NCBI GenBank assembly: GCA_905478415.1
Contig: CAJQIG010000005.1
Location: forward strand, 65,598-129,597
Origin: an uncultured Patescibacteria group bacterium
GTDB lineage: Bacteria > Patescibacteriota > Microgenomatia > UBA1400 > PJMF01
DNA: 64,000 nt
Reading direction: 5' to 3'
Below the pieces are notes generated by a model. The model saw only the letters and a program-made list of their open reading frames with translations, did not search any database and was not told where the DNA came from. The translations under genes were made by a program, and so were the position numbers. Positions within the stretch are counted from its first letter, which is position 1; every line of letters starts with the position of its first letter. Shown here one piece after another: positions 27,536 to 37,218 of this stretch.

Positions 27536-29527
27536 TTACTGAGCATATTTAAAGTAGCCACCACAGTGGAGCCATTGACTTTGTTTATTTCCAGGAGCAC
27601 AGCTACCAGCCGCCCAGGAACCATCTGAGTAGGTGCTCGGTGCTTCTGATTGATACACAGTGTTACCAAACTTGAGGTAGTCGACCTCTAGGTTTCGGTC
27701 CTGTTTTTCAGTAGGGTTGTAGTAATCATTCACAAAGTGCACGGTCATATCAGAGACTTTAGCGCCATTTGGAATTTCTGCTTTGTACTCTTGCATGGTG
27801 TTGGTGACTGACCATGAGGTCCATTTTATACCTTTATGTCGCAACTCCATTATTGGATATGCTCCTCCTGCAAGTGTTCCACGGGCTCTGATAGCTATCA
27901 CTCCAGGAATTGAAGGAGGGGTGCCAACTATGCCACCATCGTCGGACTTAGCGCCACAAGCAGTTGGTGAGATATCAAGGAGTTGAGTGTTGTACTTATC
28001 CTCGAATTTATACTTACTACCGTCAAGCAACCTATATTCAGCATGGATAGCTAATTTATAATCCTGAGCAAGTTTACCCTGTTTCTTTAGCTCAGCAATT
28101 TTATTAGCAATATCATTAATGGTTTTACCATCAAGCGCTGGTTGTTTGAAGCTGCCATCCCAAGTCCAAGTAATGGTTTCTGAACCATTTGGATTAGGGT
28201 CATTGACTTGTTTAAGCCAGTATCCACACCAACCCTGGTCATAACAAGTATCTGACCATGTTGGTTTGCCCAGAAAGTCGTCAGTTAGTTCTTTACTATG
28301 TTGTTTCCCATAGAAACCGAGATAATACACAATAGCACCAATATTATTAGGTTTAGTTCCTGATACCGATAGTGTGTACCGTAAGTCTCCAGCCGTTTGT
28401 CCTGTTGCAGGGGTACAGGCTGAACTGTATTTTCCTGCAGGAGGGGTTGTGTCTATGACAGCTGTTTTAAAACTTTTTGGAGAGTTAGAAAGCTGAGGAT
28501 TAGAAACCTCACTTGCATCCGGTCCAATATTTATAGCGTAGGCATAGACTTTTCTTGTCTGTTGACTTGCAGTTGAAAGGTACTGTGTTGGAATCTTAAA
28601 GGTATATCCACTATTTGATCTACCGCCACACTCTTTACCAACAGCTGCTTCTCTAGCCACACTGGCAGTTGTTTTACCAATAAAGGTACCTTTTCCAGGT
28701 GTGCCATCGATGTAGAAATGCACTTCAAGTGGTGTATTGTAGTCATCAGCATCACAGGTCCAACCTCTGATTTCATAGTTGTCAGAAATAACATCGAAGA
28801 AACCTTTTGGCTTTGAGCCTGTATTTGAAGAACCACCACTTGAGGATCCACCGCCACCGGAGTTTCCACCTGTAGAACCACCACTCGATCCGCCAGAATC
28901 ACTGCCGCCACCGGAGTTTCCACCTGTAGAACCACCACTCGATCCGCCAGAATCACTGCCGCCACCGGAGTTACCTCCTGTAGAGCCACCACTCGATCCA
29001 CCAGAACCACTGCCTTTTGGAGTGCCTGTACACTTTCCTGCACCAGCTCTAGTAAATTCACCACCGGCACATGCTTTGACTGTTTCGAGCGTACAACCTT
29101 TTGAGGTACATTCCGAACTTGAAAATTGTGAACAGTTACTAGCTTGACCATTTGGCGCTACATAATACCCAGGTTTGCATTTTGTATATGCAGTGACTAG
29201 GTGACATTCTGATGGACAAGCGTCTGTTTCAAAGTTATTACATTTGAGTGTAGACTCTGTTTCTTGCCAACTACACCCAGGTACGCCAGGACAGTCATTT
29301 TTCCCCAGACTTCCACAACTTTCGTTTGGAATATATGCAGCACTTCGAGTATCTTGATTGGTTTGAGAAAGTGCAAACGCAGCTGCTCCACCAACAATAA
29401 CCACGGTGGCAACAAGGCCAGCAATAATATTTTTAAGTGTAAAAACACTCTTCTTTTTATAGGATGTTCTGCGTGTTTTTTTTGGCGCAGCCTTTTTTCT
29501 GGGATTTCTTGGCATAGAAAGAGTCAC
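27536..29527 (-). CDS. membrane-anchored secreted/surface protein with Cys-rich region, Gly/Ser tandem repeats and a C-terminal carbohydrate-binding-like beta domain
   Basis: Basic N-terminal tail plus TM (type II anchor), Cys-rich segment, three GGSSGGSTGGNSGGGSDS repeats, C-terminal NLEVDYLKF-type domain. Confidence 0.6.
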   Translation of the reverse strand: MTLSMPRNPRKKAAPKKTRRTSYKKKSVFTLKNIIAGLVATVVIVGGAAAFALSQTNQDTRSAAYIPNESCGSLGKNDCPGVPGCSWQETESTLKCNNFETDACPSECHLVTAYTKCKPGYYVAPNGQASNCSQFSSSECTSKGCTLETVKACAGGEFTRAGAGKCTGTPKGSGSGGSSGGSTGGNSGGGSDSGGSSGGSTGGNSGGGSDSGGSSGGSTGGNSGGGGSSSGGSSNTGSKPKGFFDVISDNYEIRGWTCDADDYNTPLEVHFYIDGTPGKGTFIGKTTASVAREAAVGKECGGRSNSGYTFKIPTQYLSTASQQTRKVYAYAINIGPDASEVSNPQLSNSPKSFKTAVIDTTPPAGKYSSACTPATGQTAGDLRYTLSVSGTKPNNIGAIVYYLGFYGKQHSKELTDDFLGKPTWSDTCYDQGWCGYWLKQVNDPNPNGSETITWTWDGSFKQPALDGKTINDIANKIAELKKQGKLAQDYKLAIHAEYRLLDGSKYKFEDKYNTQLLDISPTACGAKSDDGGIVGTPPSIPGVIAIRARGTLAGGAYPIMELRHKGIKWTSWSVTNTMQEYKAEIPNGAKVSDMTVHFVNDYYNPTEKQDRNLEVDYLKFGNTVYQSEAPSTYSDGSWAAGSCAPGNKQSQWLHCGGYFKYAQ
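28854..29015. repeat. 3 x 54-nt tandem repeat inside the surface protein gene (units 1 and 2 identical)
   Basis: ccaccggagtttccacctgtagaaccaccactcgatccgccagaatcactgccg occurs twice perfectly, then a diverged third unit. A partial unit lies upstream. Confidence 0.8.
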
Positions 29528-29587
29528 CTGCTATTGTACTTAGTTTTTAGCATAGCATAGTTATAAAGAGCTTTGCAAAGAGGTAAA

Positions 29588-29926
29588 TTACAGAGAAGAA
29601 ATTTTTGTAACGAGAACTTTAATGAGTTTCCACAAAAGTTTAAATGGTAACGTAATCAAAATCCAAGCTATTGATTCTTTATCATCTTCTCCTCTGACCC
29701 AAGTTGAGACAACGAGATACTTATTTTCTTTGGGAAGGTAACTGGCTACAACAAAATATCTGCGATTTCTGAGCGTTTTTATATAGCGTCGGGAATCTTT
29801 TTTTTCTGCTTTGACGCTGTCTGGGTGTGAGATAACTTCCCAAATGGCATGTGACGAAATAGAACGAGAACTCATTCTTTCGAGTGCATGTTTTGTAAAA
29901 ACAACATTTTTGTATTCGCGTTCCAT
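29588..29926 (-). CDS. DUF4258-domain protein (toxin-like) with hydrophobic C-terminal tail
   Basis: VVFTKHALERMSSRSISSHAIWEVISHPD matches the DUF4258 signature (H-A-x-x-R-M-x-x-R-x-I). Tail is ILITLPFKLLWKLIKVLV. Confidence 0.5.
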   Translation of the reverse strand: MEREYKNVVFTKHALERMSSRSISSHAIWEVISHPDSVKAEKKDSRRYIKTLRNRRYFVVASYLPKENKYLVVSTWVRGEDDKESIAWILITLPFKLLWKLIKVLVTKISSL

Positions 29927-29944
29927 GTGGATACTCTAGCTTAT

Positions 29945-31390
29945 TTAGTAGGCTTGTGCAAAGAGCCAACGGTGTTTCGCTGGTTGGCCACATTTGATAC
30001 AGGTGCCTTCCTCTTCTAAAATGGTTCCTTTGGTGTCAGTGAATGGTAAACAACGAGTAGTCGCTTTCGTTTCTTCTTTAATGGCAGTTTCACAGGTAGC
30101 GCTTTCACACCAAAAGGCTCTAATAAATCCTCGGTTTTCTTTCATAATAGTTTTGAAGTCATCGTAGCTCGATGCTTCAAAGGTCAGTGACTCTTGTTTT
30201 TCAAGCGCTTTTGAGAACATAGCTTTTTGTATTTCTTCAAGAAGAGTGGCAATGGTAGAACCTGCAGATGCAATTTTGAGTGTTTGTTTTTCTTGCGAGT
30301 GTCGAATATGGGCAGTAATTTCGCCGTTTTCAAGTTCTCTCTGACCAAGAACTAAGACAATAGGAATACCTTCTAGTTCAGCATCATTAAGTTTCCAGCC
30401 CAGTGAAGTGGTGGTGTCACTATTTTTCTCAGTACGTATGCCACTTTCTTTGAGAATTGATGTAAGGGTAGTGACGGCTTCGGCAGTTTTTTCATCTTTG
30501 GAGGCAGCGACAACTACTACTTGAATAGGTGCTACTTTTGGAGGTATGACAATTCCCTCATCATCTCCGTGAGTCATAATTAAGCCTCCAAGAATTCGAG
30601 TTGAAAGGCCCCAACTGTTTTGCCAAGCAAATTGAGTAACGCCATCGCTATCTTGAAAAGAAATATCAAAGGCTGATTTTTTTGAAAAATTTTGACCCAA
30701 GTGATGACTTGTCCCCGACTGTAATGCTTTTCCATCAGGCATGAGGGCTTCAATAGTGGTGGTCAAGTCTGCCCCAGCAAATTTTTCTGATTCACTCTTT
30801 TTGCCGGCGACCACGGGCAGTGCTAGAAAATCTTCCGCAATTTTTCGATAGCTTTCGAGAGCCTCATACATTGTGTCCAAGGCTTCATCTTGAGTTGCAT
30901 GCGCACTGTGAGCTTCTTGCCATAAAAATTCGGTGGTTCTTAAGAAGAAATTAGTTCTCTTCTCCCATCGAACTACGTTATTCCATTGGTTAATTTTAAT
31001 TGGTAAATCACGATGTGATTGTACCCACTTGCTATACATGTGGTACATGATTGTTTCTGAAGTCGGACGAACAACAAGTTTTTCTGTCAGCTCTTCTCCA
31101 CCGGCATGAGTGACAATAGCTAATTCTGGTGCAAAACCCTCAACGTGGTCAGCTTCTTTTTCCAAAAAAGACATTGGAATAAAGAGTGGAAAGTAGCCAT
31201 TGCGTACTTGCATGTTATCAAGCATGATCTGGTAGTTTTTTTGGATGTGCTCCCAAATGCCGTACCCATTTGGACGAATAATCATACAGCCTTTAACTGG
31301 AGAATAATCCGCCAGTTTTGCTTGCTGAATAACCTGGGTATACCACTTACTCATACTTTCTGATTTTGGTGTCAGATCTCTTTTTGCCAT
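29945..31390 (-). CDS. proS: prolyl-tRNA synthetase, archaeal/eukaryotic type
   Basis: 481 aa. Class II motifs and a C-terminal Zn-binding CIKCGQPAKHRWLFAQAY tail. Confidence 0.85.
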   Translation of the reverse strand: MAKRDLTPKSESMSKWYTQVIQQAKLADYSPVKGCMIIRPNGYGIWEHIQKNYQIMLDNMQVRNGYFPLFIPMSFLEKEADHVEGFAPELAIVTHAGGEELTEKLVVRPTSETIMYHMYSKWVQSHRDLPIKINQWNNVVRWEKRTNFFLRTTEFLWQEAHSAHATQDEALDTMYEALESYRKIAEDFLALPVVAGKKSESEKFAGADLTTTIEALMPDGKALQSGTSHHLGQNFSKKSAFDISFQDSDGVTQFAWQNSWGLSTRILGGLIMTHGDDEGIVIPPKVAPIQVVVVAASKDEKTAEAVTTLTSILKESGIRTEKNSDTTTSLGWKLNDAELEGIPIVLVLGQRELENGEITAHIRHSQEKQTLKIASAGSTIATLLEEIQKAMFSKALEKQESLTFEASSYDDFKTIMKENRGFIRAFWCESATCETAIKEETKATTRCLPFTDTKGTILEEEGTCIKCGQPAKHRWLFAQAY

Positions 31391-31718
31391 ACTGCCTTTC
31401 GTACCTTTGGGTATAAAAAAAACCCATTGTAAATAACTAAGCCATACTTAGTTTTTACAAGGGCTCTTAATAATAAGGGCGGTACCACCTTGTTTTTTTT
31501 AGTTATTTCTAACTAAAACTTTGTAGTTATCTCCTGATAACCGGGCATATGATTTCGGATGCCTGCCGAGCAAGTTAGCAATTCTATCTAAATAGACAAT
31601 GGATCCTCACTCACTTTCACCGCTTGGGTGACTACTTGTTAGGAGCAAGTAGTTTGTACGTCTGTACAATAAGTTCACCTATAAGTATAACGGAAGAAGC
31701 AGTCCTAATCAAGGGGTG
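31391..31718 (-). promoter_or_regulatory. putative T-box riboswitch leader of proS
   Basis: Minus-strand AAGGTGGTACCGCC (T-box-like, plus coordinates 31477..31491), followed by a 12-bp bulged hairpin (31431..31460) and U8. The UGGU bulge fits tRNA-Pro discriminator A. Confidence 0.45.
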
Positions 31719-32624
31719 CTAATGATTAATCCAGGGAGAGAGAGCCTCAGCAAAAAGGGGTGCAGCATCGAGTACAGTGATTTTTTTTGGCAAGTTCTCA
31801 TGTACTATGGTGTTGGTGACAACCACACTGGTAATACTTTCGTGTGTAATATTCTCGATAGACTCTGGAGTAAAAACTGGATGTGTTGCTAAAAAGTGAA
31901 CTTCCTTTGCACCTTGAGCTTGTAAGAGTTTTCCGGCTTCAAGTACGGTACCGCCCGAAAGTATAGCATCATCAAAGAGTAAGACGACCTTGCCTTGGAC
32001 AGAGCCACCTTGAATACTGCTGGCCGTTACTTTTCCAGTCTGAAGATCACGGTGTTTATCGATGTTCACTAAGTCAGTATTGAGCATATCTGCAAACATA
32101 CGAGCCCTTTTGAGGCCGCCAAAATCAGGACTGGCAACTACACACCCAGAAAGATCAAAATGGTTTCTAGCATAGTCAGCAAACAGAGAAAGTGCTGAAA
32201 GATTTTTTGTTGGAATTGAGAAAAAACCAGGGACGCTACTATTGTGAAGTTCGAGTAAAAAAGCTCTTTTTATATAACTAGTTGAAACTAAATTTGCAAC
32301 AACTTTGGCTGCAATTGGTTCTCCGGGTCGAAAGACTTTATCTTGCAATGAATATCCCATCCAAGGAATAATAGCGTTCACGTGGCGAGCACCGAGTCTT
32401 TGGAGTGCATCACTGATCAGTAGAAACTCCATGATATTTTCGTCTGTTGGAGCTGAAAATGATTGCACAAAGACTATATTTTCACCTTGAACTTGGTCTT
32501 TAATCCAAACTCTTTTTTCACCATTCGAAAAGGCTGAAATATCAACAGCTACCGATTCAACGCCGAGATGCTTTTGTAGAGATGAAGTAAGTAATGGGTT
32601 AGAAGAGCCAGTAATGATTTTCAT
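31719..32624 (-). CDS. prs: ribose-phosphate pyrophosphokinase
   Basis: PRPP synthetase motifs VVASPDFGGLKRARMFADML. 301 aa. Confidence 0.85.
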   Translation of the reverse strand: MKIITGSSNPLLTSSLQKHLGVESVAVDISAFSNGEKRVWIKDQVQGENIVFVQSFSAPTDENIMEFLLISDALQRLGARHVNAIIPWMGYSLQDKVFRPGEPIAAKVVANLVSTSYIKRAFLLELHNSSVPGFFSIPTKNLSALSLFADYARNHFDLSGCVVASPDFGGLKRARMFADMLNTDLVNIDKHRDLQTGKVTASSIQGGSVQGKVVLLFDDAILSGGTVLEAGKLLQAQGAKEVHFLATHPVFTPESIENITHESITSVVVTNTIVHENLPKKITVLDAAPLFAEALSPWINH

Positions 32625-32645
32625 GACTTCTATTGTACCGTATTT

Positions 32646-35573
32646 TTAGCCCTTATGCTCTGGAGCATCAATTAGGCCACACTTTTTGTACTTCAGACCA
32701 CTTCCACAAGGACAGGGGTCGTTTCTACGAATCTTAGCAGTGGCTACGCCAGGTTTAGCCTTTGGAGTTGCTTTTGCGGATCCTAAAGCAGATGCTAAGT
32801 CTCCCAGTGAGCCTTTTCTGGATGTTGGTGCTGTTGGCGTTACTTTTGACTCAACATTCGAAGTTAAACTAGTTTGAACAGCAGCTTTTTGTGCAACTGC
32901 ATGTTTTTGTGGAGCTTGGGCAACTTTTTCCTGAACTCCTCTGAGTTGTACTCTGAACATTCTGCTAGCAATGGTGCTTTCAATACTTTGAATGAGTGAG
33001 GCAAACATCGCAAAACCTTCTTTTTTATATTCAGAGAGGACTGTTTTTTTATCACCTCTGAGCCAGATTCCGTCTCGGAGGGAATCCATAGAGTCCAGGT
33101 GGTCCATCCATTTTTCGTCGATTGTAGAAAGTGTGACGAGTTTTTCTAAGGTTGCTAATTGTTCGTCACCAAGAGCGTTGCGTCGAGATTCATAGGTATC
33201 TTCAGTAATCTTAATAAGCGTTGCTTCTAGGTCATCTGATTTTGAAAGTGATGTAGCGAGCTGGTTTTGTGAAGCATGATCAAAGGGAATAAGTTTAGAA
33301 AATTCTTTAACCAGATCTTTGTAGTTTTCTTCATTATTTTCATCATCTCCGCCATGGAGGGCGACGATACTTCTGACTTCATCAAGAATGTATCCTAAAA
33401 TCTGATCATGAAGTGATCCACTCTCGGATGTAGCGTCAGCTTGCTGGAGAAGTCGGCGTCTGCGCTCGTAAATAATTTCACGCTGTTTATTCATGACGTC
33501 ATCGAACTCAACCAGGCGTTTACGTTGGTCAAAGAAGAAGCCTTCAACTTTTACTTGAGCAGACTCGATTGATTTACTGACCATCCCGTGTTCAATTGGT
33601 TGACCCTCATCAATTTTTAGCATGTCCATGACTTTTGCAATTTGTTCACCGCCGAAAATGCGCATGATTTCATCTTCGAGAGCCACAAAAAATTGTGAAG
33701 CACCTGGATCACCTTGACGACCAGAGCGACCTCGAAGCTGGTTATCAATACGTCGTGATTCATGTCGTTCTGTACCAAGAACGTAGAGTCCTCCCAGAGA
33801 AACAACTTCATCATGGTCTGTTTGCCATTGTTCTAAATCTTTTGCGTAGGCAGCTAGTTTATAGTTATTTGGATTTACTGAAGGAGGGATGCGAAGACCG
33901 TATTTTTCGAGTAGAGCTTTTCTTTCTTTGATAGTGAGCTGTTTGGTGCTTCGAGTCTTTTTTCGATACTCTTTTAATTCCGGTACAGAACCTCCAAGCA
34001 CAATGTCAACACCACGACCAGCAATGTTAGTAGCTACAGTGATAGCACCTTTTTTACCGGCATCAGAGATAATAAAGGCTTCTTTTTCGTGGTTCTTTGC
34101 ATTGAGAACTCGATGAGGAACACCTTTTCGCTTTAAGAAGTTTGAAATGATTTGGTTGTGTTCGATAGATTTAGTACCAATCAAGATAGGTTGTCCAGTT
34201 TCGTGAATATGAGCAACTTCGTTACTGATAGCCCCATATTTAGCTGCAGTAGTTTTATAGACGACATCAGTCTTATCATCTCGAACTACTTCTCTGTTGG
34301 TTGGAACAACTAACACTTCAGTCTCATAAATCTTCATGAACTCTTCGGCTTCAGTTTGAGCAGTTCCAGTCATACCACTTAGTTTTTTGTAGAGCCTAAA
34401 GTAGTTTTGAATAGAGATAGTGGCTAGGGTTCTAGATTCGCTTTGGATAGTTGCACCCTCTTTGGCTTCAATAGCCTGATGAAGTCCATCTGAGTAGCGA
34501 CGACCGTACATTAAACGTCCGGTGTGTTCGTCGACAATGATGACTTCTCCTTCGCGAACGATGTAATCTTTATCACGTTTAAAAATAGTTTTGGCTTTCA
34601 GAGCAGATTCGATGTGATGAATAATATCAAAACTTTCTTCATAGAGATTTGAAACACCAAGTTTTTGTTCGATACGTTTCACACCCAGGTCAGTAAGGGT
34701 GACAGCACGTGCTTTTTCATCGATGTTGTAGTCGACGTCTCGGCTGAGTGATGTGATCATTTTGGCGTAGTCATAGTATTGTTTAGTTGGAGTGTTGTCA
34801 GGAGCGGAGATAATCAAAGGAGTTCGAGCTTCATCGATCAAAATAGAGTCAGCTTCGTCAACAATGGTGTAGTGATGGGCATTATCAAAGCGTTGCACCA
34901 TCTGGGATTCTTGTTGGACCATGTTATCACGAAGATAATCGAATCCAAATTCATTATTTGTACCATAGGTAATATCTGCTTGATAGGCAGCACGACGGGT
35001 AATTTCTTCAAAATGTTCGAGACGCTCATCACCTCTCTCTTCACTGTCAATTTCTGGATTATAGAGTCTCGAATGGTCATGGATGATAACAGCAGATGAA
35101 AGTCCGAGAAAGTGGTAGACCGGACCCATCCATCCAGCTCCTAGTTCGGCTAGGTAGTCATTAACGGTAATTAAGTGAGCACCTTTTCCAAGCAATGCAT
35201 TGAGATACAGTGGTGCAGTCACAGTCAGTGTTTTACCTTCACCAGTTTTTTGTTCGGTGATCATGCCTTTATGTAAAGCAATGCCACCAATCAGCTGGAC
35301 GTCATAGTGACGCATACCAAGGATTCTACGAGCGGCTTCGCGAACGGTAGCAAAGGCTTCTGGAAGAATCTCTTCGAGCATTTCGGCTTCTGTTTTACCA
35401 GAGGCTGTGCCTTCGGCAATGCGTTTTTTAAACTCGACTGTTTTTTTGCCGAGTTGAATGTCAGTTAACTTTGTAAATTCTGGTTCGAGTTCATTGATTG
35501 CATCTACTGTGGATTGAAACGTAGATAAATTCTTTTTATTGTCGTCAAATAGGTTAGAAAAAAACTTCAGCAT
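32646..35573 (-). CDS. secA: preprotein translocase ATPase SecA
   Basis: DEAD-like motor domains and a C-terminal Zn finger CPCGSGLKYKKCG. Start set at the SecA-typical MLKFFSNLFDDNKK. Confidence 0.9.
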   Translation of the reverse strand: MLKFFSNLFDDNKKNLSTFQSTVDAINELEPEFTKLTDIQLGKKTVEFKKRIAEGTASGKTEAEMLEEILPEAFATVREAARRILGMRHYDVQLIGGIALHKGMITEQKTGEGKTLTVTAPLYLNALLGKGAHLITVNDYLAELGAGWMGPVYHFLGLSSAVIIHDHSRLYNPEIDSEERGDERLEHFEEITRRAAYQADITYGTNNEFGFDYLRDNMVQQESQMVQRFDNAHHYTIVDEADSILIDEARTPLIISAPDNTPTKQYYDYAKMITSLSRDVDYNIDEKARAVTLTDLGVKRIEQKLGVSNLYEESFDIIHHIESALKAKTIFKRDKDYIVREGEVIIVDEHTGRLMYGRRYSDGLHQAIEAKEGATIQSESRTLATISIQNYFRLYKKLSGMTGTAQTEAEEFMKIYETEVLVVPTNREVVRDDKTDVVYKTTAAKYGAISNEVAHIHETGQPILIGTKSIEHNQIISNFLKRKGVPHRVLNAKNHEKEAFIISDAGKKGAITVATNIAGRGVDIVLGGSVPELKEYRKKTRSTKQLTIKERKALLEKYGLRIPPSVNPNNYKLAAYAKDLEQWQTDHDEVVSLGGLYVLGTERHESRRIDNQLRGRSGRQGDPGASQFFVALEDEIMRIFGGEQIAKVMDMLKIDEGQPIEHGMVSKSIESAQVKVEGFFFDQRKRLVEFDDVMNKQREIIYERRRRLLQQADATSESGSLHDQILGYILDEVRSIVALHGGDDENNEENYKDLVKEFSKLIPFDHASQNQLATSLSKSDDLEATLIKITEDTYESRRNALGDEQLATLEKLVTLSTIDEKWMDHLDSMDSLRDGIWLRGDKKTVLSEYKKEGFAMFASLIQSIESTIASRMFRVQLRGVQEKVAQAPQKHAVAQKAAVQTSLTSNVESKVTPTAPTSRKGSLGDLASALGSAKATPKAKPGVATAKIRRNDPCPCGSGLKYKKCGLIDAPEHKG

Positions 35574-35682
35574 AATTATTCTTTGTATATCTTGAATACT
35601 AGAGGGATTAGTATACTCCACCCTGCCGTGATGTTATAGCAGAAAGCAAACCTCTTGGAAAGCCTAATTCCTCTTTTTTCTG

Positions 35683-36954
35683 TTACTTAATAGTGTCTTT
35701 ACCCATAAACTCTCTCAGAACCTTTGGAACAAGTATACTCCCATCAGCTTGCTGGTAGTTCTCAATGACAGCAGCTAGGAGTCGAGGGGTAGCGGCCATA
35801 GTGTTATTGAGGGTATAGACATGTTTGGTAGTGCCATCTTTTGCTTGGTATTTAATGCCGAGTCGTCTTGATTGAAAATCATTAAAATAACTAGCGGAGT
35901 GGGTTTCTCGATACTTGCTTTGTCCAGGGAACCAAGTTTCAATATCGTATTTTTTTCTTTGTCCTGCTCCCATATCTCCAGTACACATTAAGAGTACTTG
36001 GTAAGGAAGTTCGAGATCTTTGAGTAGTTGCTCGGAGAATCCAGCCATTTTTTCATGCCATTTTTGTGTTTCAGCTTCGTCTGCAATAGTGTAAATTACT
36101 TGCTCCACTTTATTGAATTGGTGCACACGGATAATTCCTTGGGTATCTTTCCCGTGAGTGCCCACTTCTCTTCTGAAACAGGGAGATATTCCGACCATCT
36201 TAAATGGTAAATCTGCTTCGTTAAGGGTCTCACCCATTTTGTATGCGGTGAGAGAAACTTCTGCAGTTCCAGCGAGAATTTGACCATCTTGAGTTCGGTA
36301 ATGGTCCTCTTTTCCCCAAGGAAAGTAGCCAGTGCCAACCATTGCTTCTTGATTTACTAAAATTGGAGCTGACATTGGAGTAAAGCCTTCGTTCTGCAGT
36401 TTTTTGAGGGCGTACATCAAGATAGCTTGTTCAAGTAAAAGTCCGTCGTTTTTGAGAAAGTATGATCTAAAACCACCAATACGAACGGCTCTGACCGTGT
36501 CGATTAAATCGAGCTCTTCCATTAGTTCGTGATGTTGCTTTGGTTTAAAGTCAAATGTTGGTAGAGTACCCACCGTCTTAATGACTACGTTACTTTCTTC
36601 ATCTTCTCCAATAGGAACTTCATTTGCAGGTACATTGGGAACTGAGTACATGAGCTCTAGATAAGCCTCTTCGGCAAGTTTTAACTCAGGTTCAATACCT
36701 TGTAGCTGAGTTTTAAGTTTTTTACCTTTTGTAATGAGTTCGGCTGATGGTTTGCCAGACTTTTGGACTTCAATCTTAACAGTCTCTGCGTTTTTATTGG
36801 CTTTTTGTCGAATTGAATCTACCTCATACTGAAGTTTTCTGCGTTTTTCGTCGACGGCGAGGAGTTCATCAATTATTGATGAGTCAAGTTGTTTATTTTT
36901 ACAAGCTGTTTTTACAATCGCTGGGTTATCTCGGATGAATTGAATATCTAACAT
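35683..36954 (-). CDS. serS: seryl-tRNA synthetase
   Basis: N-terminal coiled coil plus class II core. Start set at MLDIQFIRDNP after an AAAGGG RBS. Confidence 0.85.
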   Translation of the reverse strand: MLDIQFIRDNPAIVKTACKNKQLDSSIIDELLAVDEKRRKLQYEVDSIRQKANKNAETVKIEVQKSGKPSAELITKGKKLKTQLQGIEPELKLAEEAYLELMYSVPNVPANEVPIGEDEESNVVIKTVGTLPTFDFKPKQHHELMEELDLIDTVRAVRIGGFRSYFLKNDGLLLEQAILMYALKKLQNEGFTPMSAPILVNQEAMVGTGYFPWGKEDHYRTQDGQILAGTAEVSLTAYKMGETLNEADLPFKMVGISPCFRREVGTHGKDTQGIIRVHQFNKVEQVIYTIADEAETQKWHEKMAGFSEQLLKDLELPYQVLLMCTGDMGAGQRKKYDIETWFPGQSKYRETHSASYFNDFQSRRLGIKYQAKDGTTKHVYTLNNTMAATPRLLAAVIENYQQADGSILVPKVLREFMGKDTIK

Positions 36955-37218
36955 CGCACCCTTTCTGCACTCTGTGCATATACTTTTTACGGTATCACTT
37001 AGGTTCTGTGTTGGGGTAAAAAAAAACTTACCCGACCACAAAAAAGTGATACAAGTAAGAGGGTTCTTGAAAAGAAGAACGGTGCCACCTCTTCATACTT
37101 ATTCCAGCTGTGACGGGCATACCCGGCTTGGTTGTGACTCCAAGCAGCATCGACAGGAGCTAACTGTCTCAGGCGCTTTTGTTGTTTTTAAGTAGGTGTA
37201 GTATAGCAGATGCTACTG
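36955..37218 (-). promoter_or_regulatory. putative short T-box leader of serS
   Basis: Minus-strand GAGGTGGCACCG (plus 37080..37091), followed by a CTTACTTG...CGGGTAAG hairpin and U9. The UGGC bulge fits discriminator G of tRNA-Ser. Confidence 0.35.

Noticed and set aside
28531-29151. Overlapping antisense and alternative-frame ORFs (206 aa minus, 122 aa plus) inside the surface protein gene
   Set aside because: They are generated by the Gly/Ser-encoding tandem repeat. Pro/Glu-rich translation is typical of shadow ORFs. The same applies to the 41187..41591 ORF inside atpD and the other short ORFs nested in well-supported genes.
31391-31500. Alternative reading of the proS upstream hairpin as a simple prs terminator rather than part of a T-box
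   Set aside because: Not fully rejected. The hairpin plus U8 would also terminate prs transcription. The adjacent near-consensus T-box core with a discriminator-matched UGGU favours the riboswitch interpretation, which is kept as the primary call at moderate confidence.
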